NCBI GenBank assembly: GCA_005883775.1
Contig: VBEU01000056.1
Coordinates: 1 to 41,468 of the forward strand
Length of the DNA stretch: 41,468 nucleotides
Source of the DNA: Chloroflexota bacterium
GTDB lineage: Bacteria; Chloroflexota; Limnocylindria; P2-11E
Direction of reading: 5' to 3'
Position numbers and translations under genes: made by a program
In this document: positions 9,765-18,134 of the stretch, piece after piece
Layout: every line of letters starts with the position of its first letter
Position numbering within the stretch: position 1 is the first letter of the stretch
The notes under the pieces: model-generated
Database searches by the model: none
What the model saw: the letters and a program-made list of their open reading frames with translations, nothing else
What the model was told of the DNA's origin: nothing

Positions 9765-10464
9765 GGCGATCCGCGAAGATCGAGGGAAGGCCTCGTTCCC
9801 GGATCCGGCGCTGCGTCTCGTCCAACCGATACGGTGAACGATGGAAGGTCACCGTGCCCGGCGCAAGGTCCAAGACCGCGTACGCGGCACGCGGATCTCC
9901 ATCGCGTGGCTGACCCACGCTGCCAGGGTTCACAAACGCGCGGGGGGCGAGCGCGTAGGGAGTGTCGTACCTCACGCGGCCGGGCTGTCCCTTGGCGTCG
10001 CCCCGGAAGAGCGAGGGGACGTGGGTATGGCCGGCGCAGCAGTGCGATGTGCTCGCAAGCCCGAGCGAAGCGGCCGCGCTCCTTGGATTCGTGACGTACT
10101 CCCACAGCGGATCGCGGAGGCTTCCGTGGCACAACGTCACGTCGCTCGTCTCGAGCGTGCGCGGAAGAGCCGCCAGCATGTCGCGCTCGGCCGAGGAGAG
10201 CCAGCTCTGATGCATCTTCGCGGCGACAGCTGCCGGCGGATTGAAGAAGTCGAGATCCTCGCCCCTGGCGACCGCTCGGTCGTGATTGCCCGCGACGATC
10301 GTGGCCTTCCGCTCGACGAGCAGCGCGAGGACGTCGGAGGGGTCAGGGCCGTAGCCGACCGTGTCGCCGCAGACCCAAAGAGCGTCGACCGGTCCCATCT
10401 GCGCGAGCACGGCCTCGAGCGCGACGAGGTTGGCGTGCACGTCGCTGATGAGGCCGACCTTCAC
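9748..10464 (-). CDS. Calcineurin-like metallophosphoesterase
   Basis: SDVHAN, GDTVGYG, GNHD, HGS, GHTH, NPGSVGQPRDG motifs. Confidence 0.92.
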   Translation of the reverse strand: MKVGLISDVHANLVALEAVLAQMGPVDALWVCGDTVGYGPDPSDVLALLVERKATIVAGNHDRAVARGEDLDFFNPPAAVAAKMHQSWLSSAERDMLAALPRTLETSDVTLCHGSLRDPLWEYVTNPRSAAASLGLASTSHCCAGHTHVPSLFRGDAKGQPGRVRYDTPYALAPRAFVNPGSVGQPRDGDPRAAYAVLDLAPGTVTFHRSPYRLDETQRRIRERGLPSIFADRLAFGL

Positions 10465-11162
10465 GCCTTCGACGCCTGCTGCGCAGCGCGGATCGTGAAC
10501 CGCTTCTCAGCGAGGGCGCGACCGATCACGACCGATGAGACGCCACGCGATGCGAGCGCGCGAATGTCGTCGAGGTCGCGGACGCCGCCACCGGCATGCA
10601 GCGCAACGCGGTCGCGGACCACCCCTCGCACCGCATCGACCAAGGCGAGAGGTGGGCCCGCGAGCCGACCTTCCGCCGTCAGATCGATGAGATACAGGCC
10701 GCGCACGCCGGCGAGCAGTGCGGCGCGCGCCGCCGCGAGCGCGCCCCGTCCGGTCGCGACCGCGACCAGACCCGGATCACCGCCGCGTGGTGCGAGGAAT
10801 CCGGCGCGCGCCTCGATCTCGACGATGCCGCGATCGCCGAGCGCGGCGATCTCTCTCAGGAGCTCGTCGTCGCCGAACACGGCGCTCGAGAAGAGCACTC
10901 CCGCGAATCCGCGATCGATCGCCCGGCGCGCCTCGCCCACCCGCGAGATGCCGCCCGCCAGACGGCAGGGCACACCCGCGGTGCGCGCGATCCCCGCGAG
11001 GAGCTCGAGATTTGTCGACTCCCCGGTCTCCGCGCGATCCAGGTCGACGAAGTGCAGCTCCTCGGCACCCTCGACGACCAGATCCCGCGCTCGCGCGACA
11101 ACGGTCTGTCCCAAACCGTCGGAGAGTCGCGCGGCGCGGACGTCGAGTGACGGCACGATCAC
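10461..11162 (-). CDS. Divergent HisA/HisF-like TIM-barrel protein
   Basis: IVPSLD, LHFVDLD, AGGI, AGGGVRDLDDI, VVIGRAL; GTGA overlap with rsmG stop. Confidence 0.75.
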   Translation of the reverse strand: MIVPSLDVRAARLSDGLGQTVVARARDLVVEGAEELHFVDLDRAETGESTNLELLAGIARTAGVPCRLAGGISRVGEARRAIDRGFAGVLFSSAVFGDDELLREIAALGDRGIVEIEARAGFLAPRGGDPGLVAVATGRGALAAARAALLAGVRGLYLIDLTAEGRLAGPPLALVDAVRGVVRDRVALHAGGGVRDLDDIRALASRGVSSVVIGRALAEKRFTIRAAQQASKA

Positions 11163-11800
11163 CATGGGTGGCGCTTGGCTTCGGCCGGGGAGCGGGGGTA
11201 GCGCGACGGCGTGGCGCGCAGCTTCCGAATGACGACGAGCGATCGGCCCGGCAGCACCGCGCCGAGCCCGAGCTCCGCGGTCGGCGTGATCTTCACGATC
11301 TCGCCGCCGACGGCCGCACATGCTTTTTTCGCGCCGGCGAGCTCCGCGTCGAGCCTGCCTTTCCACGCGATCGCGTCGCCACCGATCCGAAGGAAAGGGA
11401 GGAGGTACTCGACGATCGCGCCGAGCGTACCGACAGCCCGCGCCGTCCCGACGTCGTAACGTTCGCGCCGCGCGTGCGCGAGCGCTTCCGCGCGTTCGTT
11501 CCTCACCTCGACACTGTCGAGCGCGAGTGTGCTCGTGACCTCTTCGAGAAAGCGGGCCTTCTTGCCCATCGACTCGACGAGCGTGAGGCTGGTTCCGGGG
11601 AACACCAGACGCAGGGCGATACCTGGGAATCCGGCACCGCTACCGATGTCGATGATCCGCTCGCGGCCGCTCCATTTGCGCACTCCGACGGCGGTGAACG
11701 AGTCCAGGAAATGTTTGGTCGCAATGTCGGCCGGCGTTGTGATCGCAGTGAGGTTCGTCGTCGTATTGCGTTCGATGAGGAGATCCTCGCTGGACGGCAC
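11159..11800 (-). CDS. rsmG: 16S rRNA m7G527 methyltransferase RsmG (N-terminus appears short)
   Basis: NLTAI, KHFLDS, DIGSGAGFPG, RAE, TARAV, TPSRYPR. Confidence 0.92.
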   Translation of the reverse strand: MPSSEDLLIERNTTTNLTAITTPADIATKHFLDSFTAVGVRKWSGRERIIDIGSGAGFPGIALRLVFPGTSLTLVESMGKKARFLEEVTSTLALDSVEVRNERAEALAHARRERYDVGTARAVGTLGAIVEYLLPFLRIGGDAIAWKGRLDAELAGAKKACAAVGGEIVKITPTAELGLGAVLPGRSLVVIRKLRATPSRYPRSPAEAKRHPW

Positions 11801-11818
11801 GGGCCGTAAAGTATGGCC
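11801..11818. promoter_or_regulatory. Putative bidirectional leaderless promoter (overlapping -10 hexamers)
   Basis: TAAAGT (+, 11807-11812) lies 6 nt before GTG 11819; TACTTT (-, 11808-11813) lies 7 nt before GTG 11800. Confidence 0.55.
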
Positions 11819-12463
11819 GTGAGGCGCGCCGTGGTCGTCTGGGCCGCGGCCGTTGTGATCTCGTGCGGATTGCTCGCCCTGCCGCTGATCGCGCTTGCCG
11901 CCACGAGCTCGGTGAACATCCAGGGCTCAGCGTTCGTCCCTCCGACGACCACGGTGCGCGTCGGCGACACGGTGTCGTGGACCAACCGCGACGCGTTCAG
12001 CCACACGTCCACATCGGACACGGGGGCCTGGAACTCCGACGTGATCAGAGCCGGGAGCTCGTTCTCGTTCACGTTCAGGGCCGCGGGGACGTTCGCATAT
12101 CACTGCGCGATCCATGCATTCATGCACGGCACGATCGAGGTCCAGGCGGTGACCACGCCACAGCCGACCGCACCACCCACGGCGCCGCCAACCCCCGTAC
12201 GCACCGCGCCGCCGACGATCGCGCCCACGGCCCCGCCGACGCCCGCGCCGACCGAAGCTCCGACTCCGCAGCCGACGAGCGCGACGCCGTCACCGGCTGC
12301 CACGTCTTCCGAGACCGCATCTCCATCGCCGAGCGCGGCCGCCGCGCAGCTCACGCCCGCTCCGAACGCGAGCGGTGGAGTCGCACCACTCCTCATCGGC
12401 GCCGCCGCGCTCGCCGTTGTCGTTCTCGGCGCGATCGCGCTCTTCCTCGCGCGGCGCTCCTAG
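11813..12463 (+). CDS. Secreted plastocyanin-like cupredoxin with Pro/Thr stalk and C-terminal membrane anchor
   Basis: Signal peptide; VGDTVSWTN, HTST and YHCAIHAFM type-1 Cu ligands; PTAP repeats; TM + RRS tail; start may be GTG 11819. Confidence 0.85.
   Translation: MAVRRAVVVWAAAVVISCGLLALPLIALAATSSVNIQGSAFVPPTTTVRVGDTVSWTNRDAFSHTSTSDTGAWNSDVIRAGSSFSFTFRAAGTFAYHCAIHAFMHGTIEVQAVTTPQPTAPPTAPPTPVRTAPPTIAPTAPPTPAPTEAPTPQPTSATPSPAATSSETASPSPSAAAAQLTPAPNASGGVAPLLIGAAALAVVVLGAIALFLARRS
12150..12300 (+). repeat. Low-complexity Pro/Thr/Ala coding repeat (PTAP-like)
   Basis: TTPQPTAPPTAPPTPVRTAPPTIAPTAPPTPAPTEAPTPQPT. Confidence 0.7.
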
Positions 12464-12523
12464 CGCGACCGCTCGAAAGAGCGTCTGCCCCGCTCGCCCG
12501 ATGACCTGCGACAATTGGTCCTG

Positions 12524-13093
12524 ATGACCGTCGTGGCGCGCACTGGGCAGAGCGACGACGTGGCCGAGATCCTCGTCACCGCCGAGCAGATCGCCGCGAA
12601 GGTCCGGGAGCTCGGCGCCCGCATCGCGACGGATTACCAGAGCAAGGACCTCGTGCTCGTCTCCATCCTCAAAGGTGCGCTCCCGTTCCTCGCCGACCTC
12701 ATGCGCGCGACGCCGATACCGCTCTCGCTCGACTTCCTCGAGGTGTCGTCGTACGGCGCGGGCACTGAATCGACCGGAGCGGTCCGGATCCTGAAGGACC
12801 TCGCGAACCCCATCGAGGGCAGGCACGTGCTGGTCGTCGAGGACATCCTCGACACGGGCCACACGCTCTCCTACGTCTTCGATCACCTTCGAGCGCAGCG
12901 GCCCGAGTCGGTCCGCCTCTGCGTGCTCCTCGACAAGCCCGCACGCCGCGTGATCCCGATCGAGATCGACTACCGCGGCTTCGAGATCGCCGACAAGTTC
13001 GTCGTCGGCTACGGGCTTGACTACGCCGAGCACTATCGGAACCTGCCGTTCGTCGGTGTGCTCAAGCCGGAGGTGTACGCGAGGAGATCGTGA
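12524..13093 (+). CDS. hpt: Hypoxanthine phosphoribosyltransferase
   Basis: ILKGA, VSSYG, VLVVEDILDTGHTL, LLDKP, FVVGYGLDY. Confidence 0.95.
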   Translation: MTVVARTGQSDDVAEILVTAEQIAAKVRELGARIATDYQSKDLVLVSILKGALPFLADLMRATPIPLSLDFLEVSSYGAGTESTGAVRILKDLANPIEGRHVLVVEDILDTGHTLSYVFDHLRAQRPESVRLCVLLDKPARRVIPIEIDYRGFEIADKFVVGYGLDYAEHYRNLPFVGVLKPEVYARRS

Positions 13094-14535
13094 TGATCTG
13101 GCTCGCGCGGATCGTCATCGTCGCGCTGCTCTTTGCCGCGATACCGCAACGCGCCGCCGCGAGCTCGCCACTCGCCCCGCTGCCGGCAACGATACGTGTG
13201 AACATTTCCCTTCTCGGTACGAGCTACGCGAAGATCGGCTCCACGGGATCGTTGAGTGTCACGCGAGACGACGGCGCGGTGCTCTACCAGGGCCCGAAAT
13301 ACACGATCGCGCGGCGCGGTGTGCGCCGGCTTGCCGATCCGACCCAGACCGCGGTCAGCGTCCGCGACCCCGACGAGCGGCGCAGCCTTGCGCAGCAGTT
13401 CCGCCAGGCGCGCCTCCGCGCGCAGGTCGAGGACATTCCGATCGTGACCATCCCGTTCGAGTTCGCGATCGAGGGCGATGGCTCGGACCCACTCGCGGCG
13501 CCGCTTTTCTCGGCGCCACAGATCACGCCACTCCACTACATAGCGAGCGGCGGGCTTCTCACGTTCAACGGGCGCGCGTATCGCGGCACGCTGGACCTCA
13601 CTCGCGATGACGACGGTGACATGATCGTGGTGAACCAGGTCGACACGGCCGCGTACCTGGCGTCGGTCGTCGGGTCCGAGGAGCCCACGACCTGGATGCC
13701 GGAGGCGCTCGCGGCGCAGGCCATCGCGGCGCGCACATACCTCTCGACCCACCTGGCGCGCCACGACAACTACGACCTCGAAGGCGACACGCGCGACCAG
13801 GAGTACGACGGCCTCGCCGGCGAGTCGACCTCGACGGTCAGGGCCGTCGACCGGACCGCGGGCATGATCGCCACGTACGGCGGCCGCCCGATCGAGGCGC
13901 TCTATTCCGCGAACGCGGGCGGCATCACCGAAGATAGCGAGAACGTCTACGCGAACGCGCTGCCGTATCTCCGCTCGGTCCCGTCGCCGGCCGACGACAT
14001 CGCGAAGGCCTCATCGTGGGGTCACACGAGCTGGGAGTGGACGACGGAGTTCACGGCGCCGCAGCTCCGCAGCTACATCGGCGCGCGCGGCATCGACGTT
14101 GGGGACCCGCAACGGATCGACATCACGGGAGTGACCGCGACCGGACGCGTGACCTCAGCGAAGGTCATCGGGTCGACGGGAACGCGCGACATCGGCAAGG
14201 ATCGGGCGCGGTATTATTTCGGCCTCCGCAGCACGCTCTTCACCGTCGCGACGCGTCCCGAAGAGACCGAGTACGTCGAGGCCGCGAACGCCGATCGCGT
14301 ACGTCAGCTCGACCTTCTCGGCGCGTCCATCGAGCGGACGTTCACGGTAAGCGTCAAGGATCCCGACCGCACGATCCACACGCTCCGCGTCCTCGGGTGG
14401 CAATACCGCCTTCCGGCTCGTTTCGTGTTCACCGGCAAGGGATACGGACATGGTGTTGGAATGTCGCAGTGGGGCGCTCAGGGAATGGCACTCGGCGGCA
14501 AGTCGGCGGAGGAGATCCTGAAGCACTACTACCCC
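13090..14535 (+). CDS. SpoIID/LytB-domain peptidoglycan lytic transglycosylase (no stop; runs into the GT87 part)
   Basis: Signal peptide; YRG, YLASVVGSE, EALAAQAIAARTY, DQEYDG, PYLRSVP, GYGHGVGMSQWGA..EILKHYY. Confidence 0.85.
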
Positions 14536-15579
14536 GCGGGCGCGCTCCTGGCGGTCGCGGCCTGGGCCATCGCGTTCCTGACCTGGTCCAGCGAGCCCGC
14601 CGGATATGACTTCGTCGCGCTGTATTCGGCCGCACGACTCGTCGCGACGGGCGCGGCTTCGTCGGTGACCGACGCCGACGCGCTGCTCGCGATGGAGCAC
14701 GCGACCCTGCCCCAGCGCACGGTCCTGCTCAACGACCCCAACCCCCCGGCACTCGCGCTGCTCATGGCGCCGCTCGGTGCCCTGCCCCTCGTGCCCGCCT
14801 ACGCGATCTGGGCGGCGCTCGGCGCGGCGGCCCTGGCGACGGCGGCATATCTGCTCGGCCGGCTCGCAGATCCGCGGCAGCGCACGCGCCTTCTCCCGTT
14901 CGCCATCCTCGCCCCGCCTTCACTCATCGCGCTCGCCGAAGGACAGACGACGCCGTTCGTGCTGCTCGCGGTCGCGGCGTCGCTCCGGACGCCGCCGCTC
15001 TGGTCGGGAGCGCTCCTCGGTCTTGCCGCATTCCGCCCGCAGCTTCTACCGCTCTTCGCGCTGGTCGCGCTGACCGAGCGTCGTCGCGCGATCGGGCTCC
15101 TCGCGATGACCGTCGGCGTCGCCCTCGTGTCGCTCGCAACCGTCGGCTTCGAGGGAATGGCGCGCTACCCCGATCTGCTCACGCGGATCGCCACCGAGCT
15201 CCGCCCGGGCGAGCTGGGCCTCGCTGCGCTCGTGCGCCGAGTCGCAGGAGGCGAGGACCTGGTCTTGAACACCGCGCTCGCCGCTGTGATCTACGCGCTC
15301 GGCGCGATCGTCGTGCTCGCGCGCTCGCGGATGTTCACGACGCGCGCTGTCGATGCGTCGACCTGGTCGATCCTCGCGGCGCCGCACGCGCTCCTGCACG
15401 ACGGCGTCATGGCATATCCCGCAGTGGCGCGAGCCGCGACAACGACAGGCACGACCCTTCTCTGGGTCGGCTCGGGCATCGCCGTCGCGTTGATCCAACA
15501 GGCGGGAATTCCGGTCGCGCCGCTGTGGCTGCTCGCTTTGTGGCTCTCAGCCGCGAATGTGGCGGATACCGTCGATTAG
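14533..15579 (+). CDS. GT87/DUF2029-like membrane glycosyltransferase (GT-C fold), in frame with SpoIID
   Basis: DFVALYSAARL, NPPALALLMAPL, GQ, FRPQL, PH..LHD; multiple TM helices. Confidence 0.75.
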   Translation, partial: PAGALLAVAAWAIAFLTWSSEPAGYDFVALYSAARLVATGAASSVTDADALLAMEHATLPQRTVLLNDPNPPALALLMAPLGALPLVPAYAIWAALGAAALATAAYLLGRLADPRQRTRLLPFAILAPPSLIALAEGQTTPFVLLAVAASLRTPPLWSGALLGLAAFRPQLLPLFALVALTERRRAIGLLAMTVGVALVSLATVGFEGMARYPDLLTRIATELRPGELGLAALVRRVAGGEDLVLNTALAAVIYALGAIVVLARSRMFTTRAVDASTWSILAAPHALLHDGVMAYPAVARAATTTGTTLLWVGSGIAVALIQQAGIPVAPLWLLALWLSAANVADTVD

Positions 15580-15878
15580 TCCTCGTCGCTTCGGTTTCGC
15601 TCTGTTATTCGTCGGAGCTGCCGTATCGGGTCCCAGCCGGATGGTGGTCGCCTGCTGGGGGAGAACCACGGATAGCCAGCTGCCATCCACTTTTCACGCA
15701 GGACTAGGTATCGGGCGGGCCGCGCAAGTACGTCCCCGCCCGCGGCGTCCTCGTATCCGAAGTGCGTTCCACACGATGAGCAGATTTCGAACGAGCCTGA
15801 GTCGCCGCGCCATGGTGGCTGCCTGAGGTCCGGGTAGCCACAGACCGGGCACACGTGGCTTGGCCGATCGAACGCCAG
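15576..15878 (-). CDS. Small Cys-rich (CPxCG...CxxCG) hypothetical protein
   Basis: CPVCGY...EICSSCGTHFGYED...W..PPSGWDP..QL; start uncertain (15854-15887). Confidence 0.65.
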   Translation of the reverse strand: MAFDRPSHVCPVCGYPDLRQPPWRGDSGSFEICSSCGTHFGYEDAAGGDVLARPARYLVLREKWMAAGYPWFSPSRRPPSGWDPIRQLRRITERNRSDED

Positions 15879-15883
15879 GGCGA

Positions 15884-16402
15884 CTACTCGCCCTTGAACT
15901 TCTGCGAGTTCCCCATGTGCGGCCAAACCCGCTCTTGCGCGATCGCCAGCAGCTGCTTGGTGTGATTCCGATCGTGAGAGACCCACTCATGGAGTAGGTC
16001 GCGCACGGTGAGGCGCCCGGCCATCGGATGCTCGATGCCCTTGGCGAGATCCGGCGGTTTCAGCGAACGAACGAGATTGATGCTGTCGTTGCGGACACCC
16101 ATGAACTCCATCCAGAGGCTCTGGCCTATCCGCGCGCAATCGTTCCGTTGCCTCGCAACCTCAGCCTGGTCCCACGAGCTGGTCTTCTCTTTGCCGGCCA
16201 GGATCTCGCGGATGCGGCCGGCGAATCCACGCTTCTCGGCCTCGACCAGGTGGCCGACGACCTGGTTGGCGCACCACTCCTTTTCGTCGAAGTGCCAGCC
16301 GCTGTCGGCGTCAAGGGCTGCGAGCTCGGCCTCGATGAGCGCACACGTCGCCTCGAGATACTCGGCGACCTGATCGGTCGTGAGCTCGGACGTCGTGGTC
16401 AT
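15884..16402 (-). CDS. DinB/YfiT-family protein
   Basis: WCANQVVGHL and HDRNHTKQL His triad. Confidence 0.85.
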   Translation of the reverse strand: MTTTSELTTDQVAEYLEATCALIEAELAALDADSGWHFDEKEWCANQVVGHLVEAEKRGFAGRIREILAGKEKTSSWDQAEVARQRNDCARIGQSLWMEFMGVRNDSINLVRSLKPPDLAKGIEHPMAGRLTVRDLLHEWVSHDRNHTKQLLAIAQERVWPHMGNSQKFKGE

Positions 16403-17433
16403 GTGACGAGCTGTGGTGCGCTCCGGATGGGGATCTTCACCTTGAGCACGACGTTACCGTCCGCGCGCGACTCGTGCGTCGACTCACCGTGGAGGAGCTC
16501 GAGACGCTCGCTGCGCCGAATGCCCGACTGGAGCTCGCCGTCGGGCGGCAGCTCCTTGCCGTCGCTCTGAAGGAGAACGTCGAGGGTGTCCTCCTTCCAC
16601 TGGAGGCCAAGGACGATCTCTTTCGCCTGGGCCTTGTCGATCCGCTCGACGAGCGAGTCTTGGATCAGGCGGAAGATCGCGACCTCGTCGTCGGACGGCA
16701 GGCGGCGGTCGCGGCCGGTGCTGGAGAAATCGATGCGTACACCGTGCTTGTCGATGAGCGTCTGGACATAGCGACGCAGTGTGGGAACGAGACCGAGGTC
16801 GTCGAGGATCATCGGCCTGAGCTCGAAGATGAAGCCGCGCAGCTCCTGCAGCGTCTTGTTGACCATCTGCCGGAGCGAGGCGAGCTCGCCCCGCGACTTC
16901 TGCGCATCGACATCGAAGAGACGCTCGCTGATCTCCGACTGGAGGACGACGTTCGCCATCGCTTGCGCCGGGCCGTCGTGCACCTGGCGCGCGATGCGCT
17001 TGCGTTCTTCTTCCTGCGTGTCGACGACGGCCTGAAGAAGACGGCTCTCGTCGATGAGCGGCGCGGTGTCAGGCGGAAGCGGCGGAGCCGTGTACTCGGA
17101 GAGCTGACGCTGCGCCGCGGCGAGGATCTGGGCACTGCGGTCGATGAGCTTGCGCTTCGACTGGAGGGAGTTGAGCTGACCTTCCATGGTCATGCGGCGG
17201 GCCATCGCGGCGGCGTGCTCGTCCGTCGCGCCGAAGATCTCCTCGCGCTGGAAATTCCCCGGATTCCTGCGAACCTCCTCGACCTTGGCCTTCATCTGGT
17301 CTTCGCGCGACTTGAGGCGGTTTACCTCGGTCTGCGTCGACTCGACGAGAAGATCGAGCTCGCGGATCTCGGCGGTCACCTTCTGCTGCTCGGTCGCGAT
17401 CTCCGCGAGGACGCTGGGTGGTGCCATGGTCAA
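16399..17433 (-). CDS. DegS-like soluble HisKA_3 protein with degenerate ATPase domain (probable pseudokinase)
   Basis: Coiled-coil N-terminus; EEERKRIARQVHDGPAQ and ELRPMILDDLGL intact; N, G1 and G2 boxes eroded. Confidence 0.8.
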   Translation of the reverse strand: MTMAPPSVLAEIATEQQKVTAEIRELDLLVESTQTEVNRLKSREDQMKAKVEEVRRNPGNFQREEIFGATDEHAAAMARRMTMEGQLNSLQSKRKLIDRSAQILAAAQRQLSEYTAPPLPPDTAPLIDESRLLQAVVDTQEEERKRIARQVHDGPAQAMANVVLQSEISERLFDVDAQKSRGELASLRQMVNKTLQELRGFIFELRPMILDDLGLVPTLRRYVQTLIDKHGVRIDFSSTGRDRRLPSDDEVAIFRLIQDSLVERIDKAQAKEIVLGLQWKEDTLDVLLQSDGKELPPDGELQSGIRRSERLELLHGESTHESRADGNVVLKVKIPIRSAPQLVT

Positions 17434-18134
17434 TTACCGATCTCCGGTCCCTTGATCCAACCTTGCCGGATCGCGTACACGACAGCCTGCGTGCGGTCGT
17501 TCACCGACAGCTTGCGCAGGATGCTCGACATGTGATTCTTCACCGTCTGCTCGGAGATAGCCAGCGCGTAAGCCACCTCCTTGTTCGTCATGCCTTGAGC
17601 GATGTTGTCCAGGATCTGCACCTCACGGGGCGAAAGCGGCGCGAAGACGTGCGTCGAACCTGGACCATACACGGAAAGCTCGCGGAACTCAGCGAGGACC
17701 TTGGACGCGACCGCCGGCCTGCTGAAGATCTTCTCGTTGATGATGAACTGGCCGGCCCGCACCTTGCGGATGGCGTCGATGAGCTCGGTCGGCTCGCAGT
17801 CCTTGTGGAGGTAGGCGGCCGCACCGGCTCGGATCGCCTCGAAGAGGATCTGCTCCTGATCCTGGGCGGTCAGGATGACGACGCCCACGGCCGGGAGCTC
17901 GCGGCGCACCCGCTGCGTGGCCTTGATGCCGGATAAGCGTGGAAGATCCACCTCGATGACGAGCACGTCCGGCTCGAGCTCGTTCGTCTTCGCGACCGCC
18001 TCTTCACCGTCGGAAGCGACGGCGACGATCTCCATGTCCGGTTCCTTCTCGATGACCTGCCGGATTCCCATTGTCGTGATCCGACTCGCGTCGGCCAGAA
18101 GGATCCGGATCGCGCGCTCGGGCCTCTCGCTCAT
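17430..18134 (-). CDS. NarL/DegU-family regulator with atypical receiver (Glu at phosphoacceptor site)
   Basis: REC domain with LLADA and PDVLVIEVDLP; LuxR HTH LSPRE..GMTNKEVA..SEQTVKNH. Confidence 0.88.
   Translation of the reverse strand: MSERPERAIRILLADASRITTMGIRQVIEKEPDMEIVAVASDGEEAVAKTNELEPDVLVIEVDLPRLSGIKATQRVRRELPAVGVVILTAQDQEQILFEAIRAGAAAYLHKDCEPTELIDAIRKVRAGQFIINEKIFSRPAVASKVLAEFRELSVYGPGSTHVFAPLSPREVQILDNIAQGMTNKEVAYALAISEQTVKNHMSSILRKLSVNDRTQAVVYAIRQGWIKGPEIGN

Noticed and set aside
12150-12300. CRISPR-like or VNTR repeats
   Set aside because: Degenerate coding Pro/Thr repeats; no spacers and no cas genes
13090-14535. Evidence of sporulation
   Set aside because: SpoIID/LytB domains are widespread in non-sporulating bacteria; no other spo genes here
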